Shown: positions 19,677 to 30,015, numbered from the stretch's first letter. The stretch is 64,000 bases of DNA from an uncultured Candidatus Saccharibacteria bacterium (GCA_964403205.1 CAYOER010000001.1:14037-78036); one strand, 5' to 3'. Numbers and translations: made by a program. The notes: a model not told the origin generated them from the letters alone.

Positions 19677-20729
19677 ATGGAAATATTACTCATAATACTA
19701 ATAGTACTTGTAATCATCGCTATCTTTACCATGTTTATGGTATTTTCTCGTAAATCAAAGCCAATAGAGAAAGACGATACTGGTTTCAAACTTATTCTAG
19801 AACAGATAAATGAGCTCAATAGAACAGTAGATAAGAAAATGGGTGAAAGTAATAAAGATATGAGTACGGCATTACATCGTCAATTCAGCGAATCACAGAA
19901 ATTGATTCGTGATATTACAGAGGAGGTGACTCAGGTAAAGGAAATAGGTAAGCAGAGTTTATCTATTACTGAACAATTGAGAGAATTGCAAGATATTCTA
20001 AAGAATCCTAAACAGAGAGGAATACTAGGTGAATATTATCTAGAGACTTTATTGAAAAATATCCTAGCACCTAATCAATATAAAATGCAATACGCCTTTA
20101 CAAATGGAGAAATAGTAGATGCAGTAGTCTTTGTAAAAGATAAAATAATACCGATTGATTCTAAATTCTCTTTAGAAAATTATAATAAATTAGTAGAAGA
20201 AAAAAATCCAATAGAAAAAGAGAAATTGGAGAAGAGCTTTGTCAATGATTTGAAAAATCGTATACAAGAAACAGCAAAATATATAAGACCTAGTGAGGGA
20301 ACAATGGAATTTGCCTTTATGTTTATTCCACATGAAGCAATATATTATGATCTTCTAATAAATAAAATCGGCGCAATAACCGAAGAAACAGATAATCTCA
20401 TACAGCGCGCGGCAGGGAAGTATAAAGTCATAATAGTATCTCCAACATCTTTTCTTGCATATTTACAGACAGTCTTACAAGGTTTGAAAGCAATGCAAAT
20501 AGAAGAAACAGCAAAGGATATAATAAAAAGGGTGGATGAACTTGGAACTCATCTTAAAAGATATGAAGAATACCATTCGAAGCTCGGTTCATCGCTCGGA
20601 ACTGTTATAAATCATTATAATAATTCTGGAAAAGAATTGAAGAAAGTAGATAGAGATATTCTACGTATAACAGGGGATTCTCCAGGACTAGATACGAAAA
20701 CTGTTGACCAGCCAGAAGAGATAGTGTAG
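19677..20729 (+). CDS. rmuC: DNA recombination protein RmuC
   Basis: N-terminal TM helix, coiled coil, PKQRGILGE, IDSKF, FAFMFIPHE. Confidence 0.92.
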   Translation: MEILLIILIVLVIIAIFTMFMVFSRKSKPIEKDDTGFKLILEQINELNRTVDKKMGESNKDMSTALHRQFSESQKLIRDITEEVTQVKEIGKQSLSITEQLRELQDILKNPKQRGILGEYYLETLLKNILAPNQYKMQYAFTNGEIVDAVVFVKDKIIPIDSKFSLENYNKLVEEKNPIEKEKLEKSFVNDLKNRIQETAKYIRPSEGTMEFAFMFIPHEAIYYDLLINKIGAITEETDNLIQRAAGKYKVIIVSPTSFLAYLQTVLQGLKAMQIEETAKDIIKRVDELGTHLKRYEEYHSKLGSSLGTVINHYNNSGKELKKVDRDILRITGDSPGLDTKTVDQPEEIV

Positions 20730-20741
20730 TATGTATTCACT

Positions 20742-21059
20742 ATGGAATTTGCAGTAATACAAACAGGTGGAAAGCAATACAAAGTCCAAACAGGGGATAA
20801 AGTAAAGATAGAGAAGCTTCCAGGAGACCATAAAGAAGGCGATAAAATCGTCTTTGATAAGGTTTTACTAGTAGACAATGGCACAGATACCACTATTGGT
20901 ACACCATTCATAGAGAAGGCAAAAGTTACTGCAATTATCACTAAAATCGGTACTTTACCAAAGGTAACCGTCATAAAGTACAAACAGAAGAGTCGTTATT
21001 TCAAGAAAAACGGTCATAAACAACCATATTTCGAGGTGAAGATTGAGGGGGTGAAGTAA
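20742..21059 (+). CDS. rplU: 50S ribosomal protein L21
   Basis: FAVIQTGGKQYKV, GHKQPYF. Confidence 0.97.
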   Translation: MEFAVIQTGGKQYKVQTGDKVKIEKLPGDHKEGDKIVFDKVLLVDNGTDTTIGTPFIEKAKVTAIITKIGTLPKVTVIKYKQKSRYFKKNGHKQPYFEVKIEGVK

Positions 21060-21209
21060 TTTTAATACAAGAAATATTACTATTGACTTTTTAGTCATTC
21101 TGTAGTAGTGTATTAATCAGAGCTCGAACTAAACACTCGGGCAGAAAAATCAAAAATAATAAAATTAACAAGAGCTCATGATTCTTTCTGCCTAAAAAGC
21201 AGGAGGATA

Positions 21210-21488
21210 GTGAGTATGAACAATCAGTGTCGGTATTGTCAGGTCGCCGTAGGCCAGAATCATACGCCTAACTGTCCTATAATGGATGTGAATCCGGAAT
21301 GGGCAAAGAAGGAATGGCAGACTGGCTATGATCGAGGTTTCAATGATGACTTCGCACCTCGTCGCTTCCTCTCTCACTATTCACCTCATTTCCAAAGGGG
21401 TTATCAGATGGGGAGTGACGAGATTGATAGATTGGTTGAGAATGCAGAGTCAGATCGTTACCACGGTATTGGCGAAAGAGAATACTAA
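21210..21488 (+). CDS. Small hypothetical protein with Cys/His N-terminus and W/F-x-x-GY repeats
   Basis: SD AGGAGG; CRYC..H..C; WQTGYDRGF and FQRGYQMG; own terminator downstream. Confidence 0.6.
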   Translation: MSMNNQCRYCQVAVGQNHTPNCPIMDVNPEWAKKEWQTGYDRGFNDDFAPRRFLSHYSPHFQRGYQMGSDEIDRLVENAESDRYHGIGEREY

Positions 21489-21545
21489 CACAGGGCAAAA
21501 CGCCCAGAAAGGAGGTTCTCATGACCTAGCAAAACAAAAAAACAC

Positions 21546-21570
21546 AGGGGCACTTCGGTGCCTCTTTGAT
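21546..21570. terminator. Intrinsic terminator with a cUUCGg tetraloop
   Basis: AGGGGCAC-TTCG-GTGCCTCT followed by T-rich sequence, between convergent genes. Confidence 0.75.
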
Positions 21571-21584
21571 TTTATATATTAATC

Positions 21585-22187
21585 CTAAACCCCCTCTCTA
21601 TTCTTCAACGCATTCTTTATAGTCTCACTATCAGAATATTCCAATTCACTTCCGGTAGATAGACCTTTCCCGAGCACTGATACTTTAATATTCTGATTAA
21701 TATCACTTATTATTTTCTTTAAAAAGACTATAGTATTTTCACCTTCAGCATTTACATTTAATGATAGGATTATCTCATTTAATTTATTCTTATTTATTCT
21801 TTCTTTTAATTCTTTCAATCTAATCTTTTTTTCTGGTCCTTTATCAAGAATGGGAATAATTCCTCCAAGAATAAAGTATAAACCATTATAAACTTTACTT
21901 TTTTCTATTGATTCAAAATCTACATCTCTGGAGACTATCATGAGTTGATCGGTTTTTCTATTTTTATCTGAACAAATAGGACATAGGGTAGATTTCCCAT
22001 CTGGGTAGAAACGGAAGCAAGATGAGCATATTCTTATACTTTTCTTAATATCCAATATTAATCTTGCGATATCTTCTAGATATGCGACATTCCTAGTCAA
22101 AAGGAAATATACGAAGCGTCTAGCTTGTCTCGGACCGATGCCGGGGAATTCGCGGAAGTATTCTGTTAATTTAGAAATCGGATCCAT
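21585..22187 (-). CDS. recR: Recombination mediator RecR
   Basis: FPGIGPRQARR HhH, C4 zinc finger, Toprim domain, ELEYSD. Confidence 0.93.
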   Translation of the reverse strand: MDPISKLTEYFREFPGIGPRQARRFVYFLLTRNVAYLEDIARLILDIKKSIRICSSCFRFYPDGKSTLCPICSDKNRKTDQLMIVSRDVDFESIEKSKVYNGLYFILGGIIPILDKGPEKKIRLKELKERINKNKLNEIILSLNVNAEGENTIVFLKKIISDINQNIKVSVLGKGLSTGSELEYSDSETIKNALKNREGV

Positions 22188-24867
22188 TATTTCCTGTATT
22201 ATCTATACCCTTATCGAAATCTCCGAAATCACTTTTATCAACAGTGATAAATGTCGTTTTCTTCTCATCGAAGAATAATTCTACTGTACCAGTTGGACCA
22301 TTCCTATGTTTCTCTATCATTATTTTCGCAATATTCGGCTTCGCACTGTCTTTATTATATTTATCTTCTCTGTGTATGAACATTACAACATCTGCATCTT
22401 GCTCGATGCTATTATGTACAATGAAATCATTAGCAAGGAAATTATGATAATTAGGTACAGTAGCATCGAAGACCTCTTCTATACCATTTGATTTTATAGA
22501 TATTATCTCATCCCAATATATATCTGATTCTGCAATATGCAATAATACATCACTTGAAAGAGCAGTAGCGACTGTAGTTAGGCGTTCTCTAGATATACCT
22601 GTAGACATAAGAGCAGTGCCATTGTATGAGACTTTCATACCTTCCGAGAGATCTCTCCATGACATATCTGCCTTATCTTTCTCTGTTTCAATAAGTGATT
22701 TCCATATTTCTTTAGGAATAGTATCTGTATTTGGATTCGAAACTATATTATTTAATTTTTCTTTCAAATCATTTACTATTTTTCCTCTTTCACCGAAGGA
22801 TCCTATTAATTCTAGGAATTTGATTTGCACAGGAGCACTTTGTATATGTATTTGATATATTGGACGATATTTATTTTGTAAAACTTTTTTAATATTACTC
22901 CATATACCTAATTTCAATAGAAGATGTTGTACTCCTGAAGCAAGTTCTTCACTTGTGGATGCATAATATATAGAAGCACTAGGTTTTCTATCTTCTAGAA
23001 TTTTCCATGAAATATTACCATCTGTAGCCCATAGATGATGTAAAAATAGGCATATTTGTTGCTCACCAATCTCGAAAAATGAATTTGGAATTTTCTTTTC
23101 ATATGATCTTACAGGTTTTATACCTAATCTTTCAAACCAGATTGTTATTGGATGCTTTTTACCTCTTGCTAATCTATATGGAGAAGGAAGATATATATGC
23201 CACCAATTTTCTTGTTTTATCCTACGAGCTTCTATTCTAAATAATGATTTTGCTGTTTCTTCTACTATTGCTAGATTCTCTTTATCTGCACTTGTATAAT
23301 GAATCGGTTGTTTTGGTAATACACAACCATCACCGAGAAGATGTGCTAGTAATATAATTTCATTATTATCTATTTTCTTTACTTTTTCTGTTTCAGGTAT
23401 AAAGCGAGGTAATGCTATTCTCATCTCTCCCTTCAATTCGTCTAGTCTTTTCCATCCTGATAGTGTGAAAAATTTATGATTTGAGGAGGCTTTTATTATC
23501 CTTCCACTTCTCGTCTGCATAGAGAATATTTCTTTTTTACCGCTTGGAAATATCTTTGTTGCTAGGGTATTTATAATTTTATACTTTTCATCAATTGCGA
23601 ATACTGGTACATTTTCATGTCCTACTAAATCTTTTATACAGATTCTTTCACCGGTATCTGCTCTTATTATTTTTGTATCACCAGTAAGACATCCAGAATC
23701 GCGTAAATCAGACAATCTCGGCTCACCACCTCTCTGCTCTACTGCACGGGAAAGCTGGGAAAGAGCGAGTACAGGAACTTCTAGCTCTCTTGCCATTTGT
23801 TTCAATGATCTAGAGATTTCTGTAACCTGTTGAACCATATTGTCACTATGGCGTGCCTGTGTAGGCACCATGAGCTGTAGATAGTCTACGACTATTAGCC
23901 CGAGTCCTTTTTCACTTTTCAATCTTCTAGCAACTGCACGCATTTTCAAAATATTATTTGCTGGCTGATCATCTATATATATCGGTGCATTGGAAAGTCT
24001 ATCCATAGCATCACGAATAGCTTTGAAATCATGATCAATAGATAGATTATGTCCTGTTCTTAATTTCCATGCATCAACCTGAGACTCTGCGGCGAGCATC
24101 CTATCTACTAGCTGTTGCGAGCTCATTTCAAGAGAAAATATACCAACAGGAATATTGTGATCTATTGCAGTTTTCCTAGCAATATCTAGCGCTAGGGAAG
24201 TCTTACCCATAGAAGGTCTAGCTGCGAGAATAATTAAGTCGGATTTTTGTAATCCTGCAAGTTTATTATCTAATCCAGAGAAGCCAGTAGGGATACCACG
24301 TAGTTCACCCTTTGTATTATGAAGTCTATCAATTCTCTCCCATGCTTCAGAAAGAGTGTCCTTCAAAGCTATGAATTTATGTGTACCGGTAAAATTGGTA
24401 ACTTCGAATATTTTCTTTTCTGCTTTATCTAGTAGCTCATCTAGTTCTCCCGCTTCATCGAAACCGAGCTCGCCGACATATTCTGATGCATTGATCAGAT
24501 CTCGCATAATATGTTTTTTCTGTACTATTTCTGCATAGTACTTTGCATTCGTAGAAGAGGGAACACCATTTACAAGTTCAGAAAGATAGCTCATCTCTCC
24601 TGCTTGTTCTAATATATCTTTTTCTTTTAATCTCGATGATAAAGATAGAAGATCAATAGGTGTGCCTTTATTATGTAATTCCATCATAGTCGCCCAGATC
24701 AGCTTATGCCTATCAGAATAGAAAGATCTATCAAATATAATATCAGTAATATCGTGCATCACTTCTGGGCGAATCATAATAGATCCGAGAAGTGCTTTCT
24801 CTGCCTCGATACTCTGCGGAGGAATGCGTAAATCTTTTGCTTTGAAATATGGTGAAGTCGAGCTCAT
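22171..24867 (-). CDS. dnaB: Replicative DNA helicase DnaB precursor containing an intein
   Basis: PPQSIEAE, ARPSMGKT, VVDYLQL, LSQLSR, RDSG|...|SIEQDAD. Confidence 0.97.
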   Translation of the reverse strand: MSSTSPYFKAKDLRIPPQSIEAEKALLGSIMIRPEVMHDITDIIFDRSFYSDRHKLIWATMMELHNKGTPIDLLSLSSRLKEKDILEQAGEMSYLSELVNGVPSSTNAKYYAEIVQKKHIMRDLINASEYVGELGFDEAGELDELLDKAEKKIFEVTNFTGTHKFIALKDTLSEAWERIDRLHNTKGELRGIPTGFSGLDNKLAGLQKSDLIILAARPSMGKTSLALDIARKTAIDHNIPVGIFSLEMSSQQLVDRMLAAESQVDAWKLRTGHNLSIDHDFKAIRDAMDRLSNAPIYIDDQPANNILKMRAVARRLKSEKGLGLIVVDYLQLMVPTQARHSDNMVQQVTEISRSLKQMARELEVPVLALSQLSRAVEQRGGEPRLSDLRDSGCLTGDTKIIRADTGERICIKDLVGHENVPVFAIDEKYKIINTLATKIFPSGKKEIFSMQTRSGRIIKASSNHKFFTLSGWKRLDELKGEMRIALPRFIPETEKVKKIDNNEIILLAHLLGDGCVLPKQPIHYTSADKENLAIVEETAKSLFRIEARRIKQENWWHIYLPSPYRLARGKKHPITIWFERLGIKPVRSYEKKIPNSFFEIGEQQICLFLHHLWATDGNISWKILEDRKPSASIYYASTSEELASGVQHLLLKLGIWSNIKKVLQNKYRPIYQIHIQSAPVQIKFLELIGSFGERGKIVNDLKEKLNNIVSNPNTDTIPKEIWKSLIETEKDKADMSWRDLSEGMKVSYNGTALMSTGISRERLTTVATALSSDVLLHIAESDIYWDEIISIKSNGIEEVFDATVPNYHNFLANDFIVHNSIEQDADVVMFIHREDKYNKDSAKPNIAKIMIEKHRNGPTGTVELFFDEKKTTFITVDKSDFGDFDKGIDNTGNNGSDF
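22411..23691 (-). mobile_element. 427-aa intein with LAGLIDADG homing endonuclease in DnaB motif H4
   Basis: Starts CLTGDT, block B SSNHKF, LAHLLGDG and LHHLWATDG endonuclease motifs, ends FIVHN followed by Ser+1. Confidence 0.95.
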
Positions 24868-24961
24868 TTGCCCATTATATTTTATATGTAATCTTTTTGC
24901 TATATAGAAAGTTAATAAGATGTGGGTAAAATGGGGATATTGCTTTTATATTGTATTTACT

Positions 24962-26359
24962 CTATTTCTTTATTATTTCTGCACCATTCTCTCCATCTTT
25001 TACTATATATCCTCTATTTTCAATCTCTTTTCTTAATGCATCTGACTTTTCCCATTCTTTATTTTTTCTTGCTTCTTCGCGCACTTCTACTAGGGCCATA
25101 ATCTCTTCTGGTATATCTGTTTTTATTTCTGATAATTCTTTTAAATCAAGACCAAACACTTTATCAAAATCATTTATCAAATCTAATTTATCTTTATTTT
25201 CTATACTAGTATCTTTTATTAGATTCCATGTGAGAGCTAATGCTTCTGGCATATTGAAATCATCTGAAATTATCTTTTCAAACTCTTTTTTATAATCGAC
25301 TTTTTCATGATCTTCTCCATGATCTCCATGATGGTGATGATGTGTACTATCTTTATCTAAAGAAGTATTACCAAGGTCAATATAAGCCTCTAGAAGGCGT
25401 AGAAAGGCAGTCTGGGATGCCTGTAATGCTTCGAAAGTAAAATTTACTGGGGATCGATAATGTGAAGTCAATAACCAATATCGGAAAGCGAGAGGACTTA
25501 TGCCAGCATCTTTTATATCTTGTATTTTATAGAAATTACCCTTGGATTTTGCCATCTTTTCTCCACTAATATTTATGAAAGCCCCATGTATCCAATATCT
25601 AACAAAAAGTTTACCAGTACTTGCTTCACTCTGCGCTATTTCATTCGTATGATGAGGGAAAAGAAGATCAATACCACCAGTATGAATATCTATAGTTTCT
25701 CCAAGAGAAGCCTTTGACATTGCAGAACACTCTATATGCCAGCCAGGACGTCCCTTGCCAAATGGTGCCTCATAGTATATATCTCCATCATCTTCTGTAT
25801 GGAATTTCCAAAGAGAAAAGTCTCTGGGATTATCTTTATCATAATTATCATTTATAATTCTCTCTTTAACTTCATTATCTAGTTTTATATTCGCCATTTT
25901 CCCATAATCAGGGAATTTCTCAATACTGAAATACACACCGTCTTTTGTCTTATATGCTATACCCTTATCTAGAAGGGTAGAGATTATCTCTATCATCTCT
26001 TTTATATATACTCTAGCATTTAATATTTTCTTTGGTTTCAAAATATGCAGAGATTCTAGATCTTCTATAAAAAGATTTTCATAATATTTTGTTAATTCTT
26101 CCAAACTTTTATTTTCTTCTATACTTCTTTTTATAGTCTTATCATCTATATCAGTAATATTCATGACTTGATCTACATCGTATTGGAAATATCCGAAAAC
26201 TCTACGGATAATATCATCCATAATAAATGTTCGGAAATTGCCGATATGTGCGGTATCCCAGACTGTCGGACCACAATTATATATACCAACCTTACCTTTT
26301 TTTAAAGGTTTAAATTCTTCTTTTTTACCAGTTAGGGTATTGTATAGTGTTATAACCAT
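24962..26359 (-). CDS. cysS: Cysteinyl-tRNA synthetase
   Basis: LYNTLT, CGPTV, HIGN, GRPGWHIEC, KMAKS; likely start MVITLYN at 26359. Confidence 0.96.
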   Translation of the reverse strand: MVITLYNTLTGKKEEFKPLKKGKVGIYNCGPTVWDTAHIGNFRTFIMDDIIRRVFGYFQYDVDQVMNITDIDDKTIKRSIEENKSLEELTKYYENLFIEDLESLHILKPKKILNARVYIKEMIEIISTLLDKGIAYKTKDGVYFSIEKFPDYGKMANIKLDNEVKERIINDNYDKDNPRDFSLWKFHTEDDGDIYYEAPFGKGRPGWHIECSAMSKASLGETIDIHTGGIDLLFPHHTNEIAQSEASTGKLFVRYWIHGAFINISGEKMAKSKGNFYKIQDIKDAGISPLAFRYWLLTSHYRSPVNFTFEALQASQTAFLRLLEAYIDLGNTSLDKDSTHHHHHGDHGEDHEKVDYKKEFEKIISDDFNMPEALALTWNLIKDTSIENKDKLDLINDFDKVFGLDLKELSEIKTDIPEEIMALVEVREEARKNKEWEKSDALRKEIENRGYIVKDGENGAEIIKK

Positions 26360-27270
26360 TCTTTTTTCTTGAAATAGGTAAACATAGCAATAGCTAATAC
26401 TATCACTGTTCCAGTTAATATTTCCCAATCATAAGCTAAACCAATAATCGGTGTATGTGAAGTTGGTAAAGAGAAAATGTCTAAAAGTAAAGCAAGAGGG
26501 AAAGTAACAAAAGCTAAAATAGAAAATAATCTCAAACTATCATTTTGTTTTGTAGATAATAAAGAATCATTTGTTTCGCGAAGATCTGAAAGTAGCTCTT
26601 TATTGGAGATAATAAGATTATGTATTGATGAATATGAATGTTTAAGATCATCTACAAAATAATTAAAATCTTTATCAAAAAAGTCTTTTGGAATCTCTGA
26701 TAATGATTCTATTATTTCTTTATGTAAATGTGTGATTTGTTTAAAATCTATTAATTCTCTTGAGATAAGTGATAGATTCTCTACCATTTTCCTTTCATGA
26801 CCATTGAATATATGCTTTTCTGATTCTATTAAAGAGTCTTTTATATTCTCTAAATTATTTATCATATATTCATATAATCTCTTCATAATATAGAAAAATA
26901 TAATACCAGCATGATTGCCAATACCTTTTTTATCTAGTATGGAATTTGTTTCAAATATTTTAGAAAAACCATGAAGTGGTTCTATTATTTCATCATGTGA
27001 AGTTATTATAAAGTCTTTACCAATCACAAAATCTATTTCCTTACTTTTTACAATTCTCTTTTTATTTACACTTTCATGTATAGGAATATGTAATGCTAGA
27101 AATATATAATTATCGTAGATTTCTATCTTTGGTTTCCTGGTTGGGGAAAACAATTCTTCACCAATAAGCGGATGCAAACTGTATTCATTAATAAGAGAAG
27201 ATAGCTCATCTTTCGTTGGAGAAGAGGCATCTATCCAAGAAAGATTTTTATATTTATTGATATTTACCAT
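26350..27270 (-). CDS. corA: CorA-family divalent cation transporter
   Basis: LHPLI, PKIEIY, C-terminal two TM helices, YFKKKEWL; the canonical GMN is replaced by SLP. Confidence 0.82.
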   Translation of the reverse strand: MVNINKYKNLSWIDASSPTKDELSSLINEYSLHPLIGEELFSPTRKPKIEIYDNYIFLALHIPIHESVNKKRIVKSKEIDFVIGKDFIITSHDEIIEPLHGFSKIFETNSILDKKGIGNHAGIIFFYIMKRLYEYMINNLENIKDSLIESEKHIFNGHERKMVENLSLISRELIDFKQITHLHKEIIESLSEIPKDFFDKDFNYFVDDLKHSYSSIHNLIISNKELLSDLRETNDSLLSTKQNDSLRLFSILAFVTFPLALLLDIFSLPTSHTPIIGLAYDWEILTGTVIVLAIAMFTYFKKKEWL

Positions 27271-27297
27271 GGTTATAGTATATAATACTTCAATCAT

Positions 27298-28557
27298 ATG
27301 GACAAAGAATCACAAAAGACAACAGTTCGCATAATAGTCGGACTCATAGTCGTTTTCATAATATTTTCTATCGGTAGATACACCGGTGAAAGATCAAATA
27401 ATATTTCTTCTAGAGATGTACCAATACCAGAAGGTGTAAATGTTACGGATAAACAATTCGAACCATTCTGGAAAGTCTGGAATATTTTGAGTCAAAAGTA
27501 TGTATCTGCTACGACTACAGATACAGATAAGAGAATCTGGGGTGCTATAGAGGGTCTAGCATCATCTCAGGGTGATCCTTATACAGTATTTTTTCCACCA
27601 GAAGAGTCAAAGATGTTCAAGAGCGATATTTCCGGTAATTTCGAAGGTGTTGGAATGGAAATCGGTATAAAAGATAATATGCTAATTATTGTGGCTCCAC
27701 TCAAGAATAGCCCGGCAGAGAAGGCAGGACTCCGATCAGGAGATAAAATAATAATGATAGATGATAAAAGCACCATAGATCTCCCTACAGATAAAGCCGT
27801 GAAGCTTATACGCGGTCCAAAGGGTAGTAAAGTAAAGATAACTGTTCTAAGAGATGGTTCTACTACTCCTATAGAAAAAACTATAATAAGAGATATTATA
27901 GATATACCTACAATACAAACAGAGATGAAGAGTAATGATAGCGGAATCGTATCAGAAGATAAAAGTGTAGGTCTAAGAAATGATGGAATATTCATAATTA
28001 AACTTTTTAGTTTTACTGCACAGTCCCCAGATCTATTTAGAAAAGCTCTGAGAGAATTCGTAGAATCAGGATCGAATAAACTTATTTTAGATCTACGTGG
28101 TAATCCAGGTGGGTATCTGGATGCTGCATGGGATATGGCATCATGGTTCCTGCCTCCTGGGAAAGTCATAGTTACAGAAGATTTTGGAGGTAAAAGAGAG
28201 AATATAGTTTATAAGAGTAAAGGTTATAATATTTTCACTAAAGATTTGAAATTTGTAATACTAGTGGATTCTGGTTCTGCATCCGCATCAGAGATACTCG
28301 CTGGAGCGCTACGAGAACATGGTGTAGCAACTCTTATAGGAGGGAAGACCTTTGGTAAAGGTTCAGTACAGGAGCTTATAGAGATTACTGGTGATACATC
28401 TCTCAAGGTCACCATTGCACGTTGGCTCACTCCGAAAGGTCACAATCTTTCCAATGATGGTCTCGTACCAGATATAGAGGTAAAACCAACAGCGAAAGAT
28501 ATAGAAATAAAGAAAGATGTAATTATGGACAAAGCAGTTGAATTTCTTAAAAAATAG
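27298..28557 (+). CDS. ctpA: Carboxy-terminal processing protease (S41, PDZ)
   Basis: DPYT, PDZ domain, DLRGNPGG, SASASEI, TFGKGSVQ. Confidence 0.93.
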   Translation: MDKESQKTTVRIIVGLIVVFIIFSIGRYTGERSNNISSRDVPIPEGVNVTDKQFEPFWKVWNILSQKYVSATTTDTDKRIWGAIEGLASSQGDPYTVFFPPEESKMFKSDISGNFEGVGMEIGIKDNMLIIVAPLKNSPAEKAGLRSGDKIIMIDDKSTIDLPTDKAVKLIRGPKGSKVKITVLRDGSTTPIEKTIIRDIIDIPTIQTEMKSNDSGIVSEDKSVGLRNDGIFIIKLFSFTAQSPDLFRKALREFVESGSNKLILDLRGNPGGYLDAAWDMASWFLPPGKVIVTEDFGGKRENIVYKSKGYNIFTKDLKFVILVDSGSASASEILAGALREHGVATLIGGKTFGKGSVQELIEITGDTSLKVTIARWLTPKGHNLSNDGLVPDIEVKPTAKDIEIKKDVIMDKAVEFLKK

Positions 28558-28572
28558 TTTAATATAGAAAAT

Positions 28573-29019
28573 ATGAAAATAATATTATTGAAAGATACAG
28601 CAAAAATAGGTAAGAAATACGATATAAAGGATGTTGCAGAAGGATATGCGTTAAATCTACTCATACCCAATAAGCTAGCAATAGTCGCTACAAAAGACGC
28701 CATAAAGCGCATGGAGATAGAGAAGGCAAGAGAAGAAGGGGAAAAGAAAGTACATGAAGATTTAATATTAAAGAATATTGATGGATTAAAGAACACCCCT
28801 CTTATTATATCTGCAAAGACAAATGATAAAGGCCATCTTTTTGCTGGTCTTCATAGAGAAGATCTAGCAAAAGAAATAGAAAGACAGACGAAATTATCTA
28901 TTGATCCAACTTTTATAAAATTGGACAATCCTATTAAAGAAATAGGGGATTATAATATAGAGATAAATGCAATAGGGAAGAGTGTGAAGTTTAAACTATC
29001 TGTACAATCTTCTTCCTAA
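28573..29019 (+). CDS. rplI: 50S ribosomal protein L9
   Basis: [29 protein letters not shown]. Confidence 0.93.
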   Translation: MKIILLKDTAKIGKKYDIKDVAEGYALNLLIPNKLAIVATKDAIKRMEIEKAREEGEKKVHEDLILKNIDGLKNTPLIISAKTNDKGHLFAGLHREDLAKEIERQTKLSIDPTFIKLDNPIKEIGDYNIEINAIGKSVKFKLSVQSSS

Positions 29020-29263
29020 GAATAGAATTGTCAAAATGTACTTTTCTTTTTGTGCGGAATTCTACCTTACCTTCCTTCAATGCAAATAGTGTATGATCTT
29101 TACCTATTCCTATATTTCTTCCTGGTAATACATCTGTACCCCTCTGGCGTACTATGATATCGCCAATTTTTGCTGTACCACCATTATTTACCTTTATTCC
29201 AAGGTATTTTGGGCTGGAATCTCGGCCGTTTTTAGTTGTTCCTCCTGATTTCTTTGTTGCCAT
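28991..29263 (-). CDS. rpmA: 50S ribosomal protein L27
   Basis: [33 protein letters not shown]; true start at 29263. Confidence 0.96.
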   Translation of the reverse strand: MATKKSGGTTKNGRDSSPKYLGIKVNNGGTAKIGDIIVRQRGTDVLPGRNIGIGKDHTLFALKEGKVEFRTKRKVHFDNSILRKKIVQIV

Positions 29264-29429
29264 ATTGAAGAATAGTATATAACAAAGCCCTAAAAAATGC
29301 AAATATATGCCTGTAAATAGGGCTAAATTAGGACACATTTACCCATTGACAGCAACTATTTAGTATGCTAATATTATAGGGTAGTGAGGTATAAAAAGGT
29401 CATTCTTTGAATACCTCATTTTCAATTAT

Positions 29430-29873
29430 ATGATAGAAATTACTACAGGTATTGCATTCCTTTTGTCATCTATGTATGGTTCCGGTAATACAATCACTGT
29501 AGCAACAGTCTCACAAAGTGGTGTAGACTCTTCTACAGTAAAAGTAGAGACTGTGAATCTACAAGATCGCAAATCAGTAGAGAAGTATCTCAGAGAACAA
29601 TATTCAGACACTCCTATATTAGTCGATATTGCAAGATGTGAATCCACATTCAGCCAAGTCGATAAAGAAGGGAAGGTTATCCGCGGTAGAGTAAATAGTG
29701 CCGATGTCGGCGTGATGCAAATCAATGAAAAGTATCACTCTGTAAAGGCAGTAGAGCTCGGATATGATCTCCATACTATAGATGGTAATATCGCTTATGC
29801 GAAATATCTCTATGAGAAGTTTGGAGCACAACCATGGAAAGCTTCGTCTAAGTGTTGGTCAAAGAAGGTATAA
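29430..29873 (+). CDS. Lysozyme-like/SLT transglycosylase domain protein
   Basis: IARCES, GVMQIN, GNIAYAKYLY, GAQPWKASSKCW. Confidence 0.8.
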   Translation: MIEITTGIAFLLSSMYGSGNTITVATVSQSGVDSSTVKVETVNLQDRKSVEKYLREQYSDTPILVDIARCESTFSQVDKEGKVIRGRVNSADVGVMQINEKYHSVKAVELGYDLHTIDGNIAYAKYLYEKFGAQPWKASSKCWSKKV

Positions 29874-30015
29874 GGGATTGGAAGATTAGATAAAATTAAA
29901 TAAAAAAAGAAATGGCAATCAGAAATGGTTGTCTTTTCTTTTGACTATTCTTAATCTTTATTATAGACTTCTCATAAACCTTGCTCTTCTAACAATCAAC
30001 CCCAATGCTAGAGTT

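Noticed and set aside
21488-21535. CACAGGGCAAA...GAAAGG resembling the start of a c-di-GMP-I riboswitch
   Set aside because: The P2 stem does not pair well, the GACGCAAAGC segment is absent, and there is no downstream gene on that strand.
27579-28169. Long antisense ORFs (this one and e.g. 12088-12594, 7927-8355, 49110-49562)
   Set aside because: They are shadow frames overlapping well-supported conserved genes and have no recognisable motifs.
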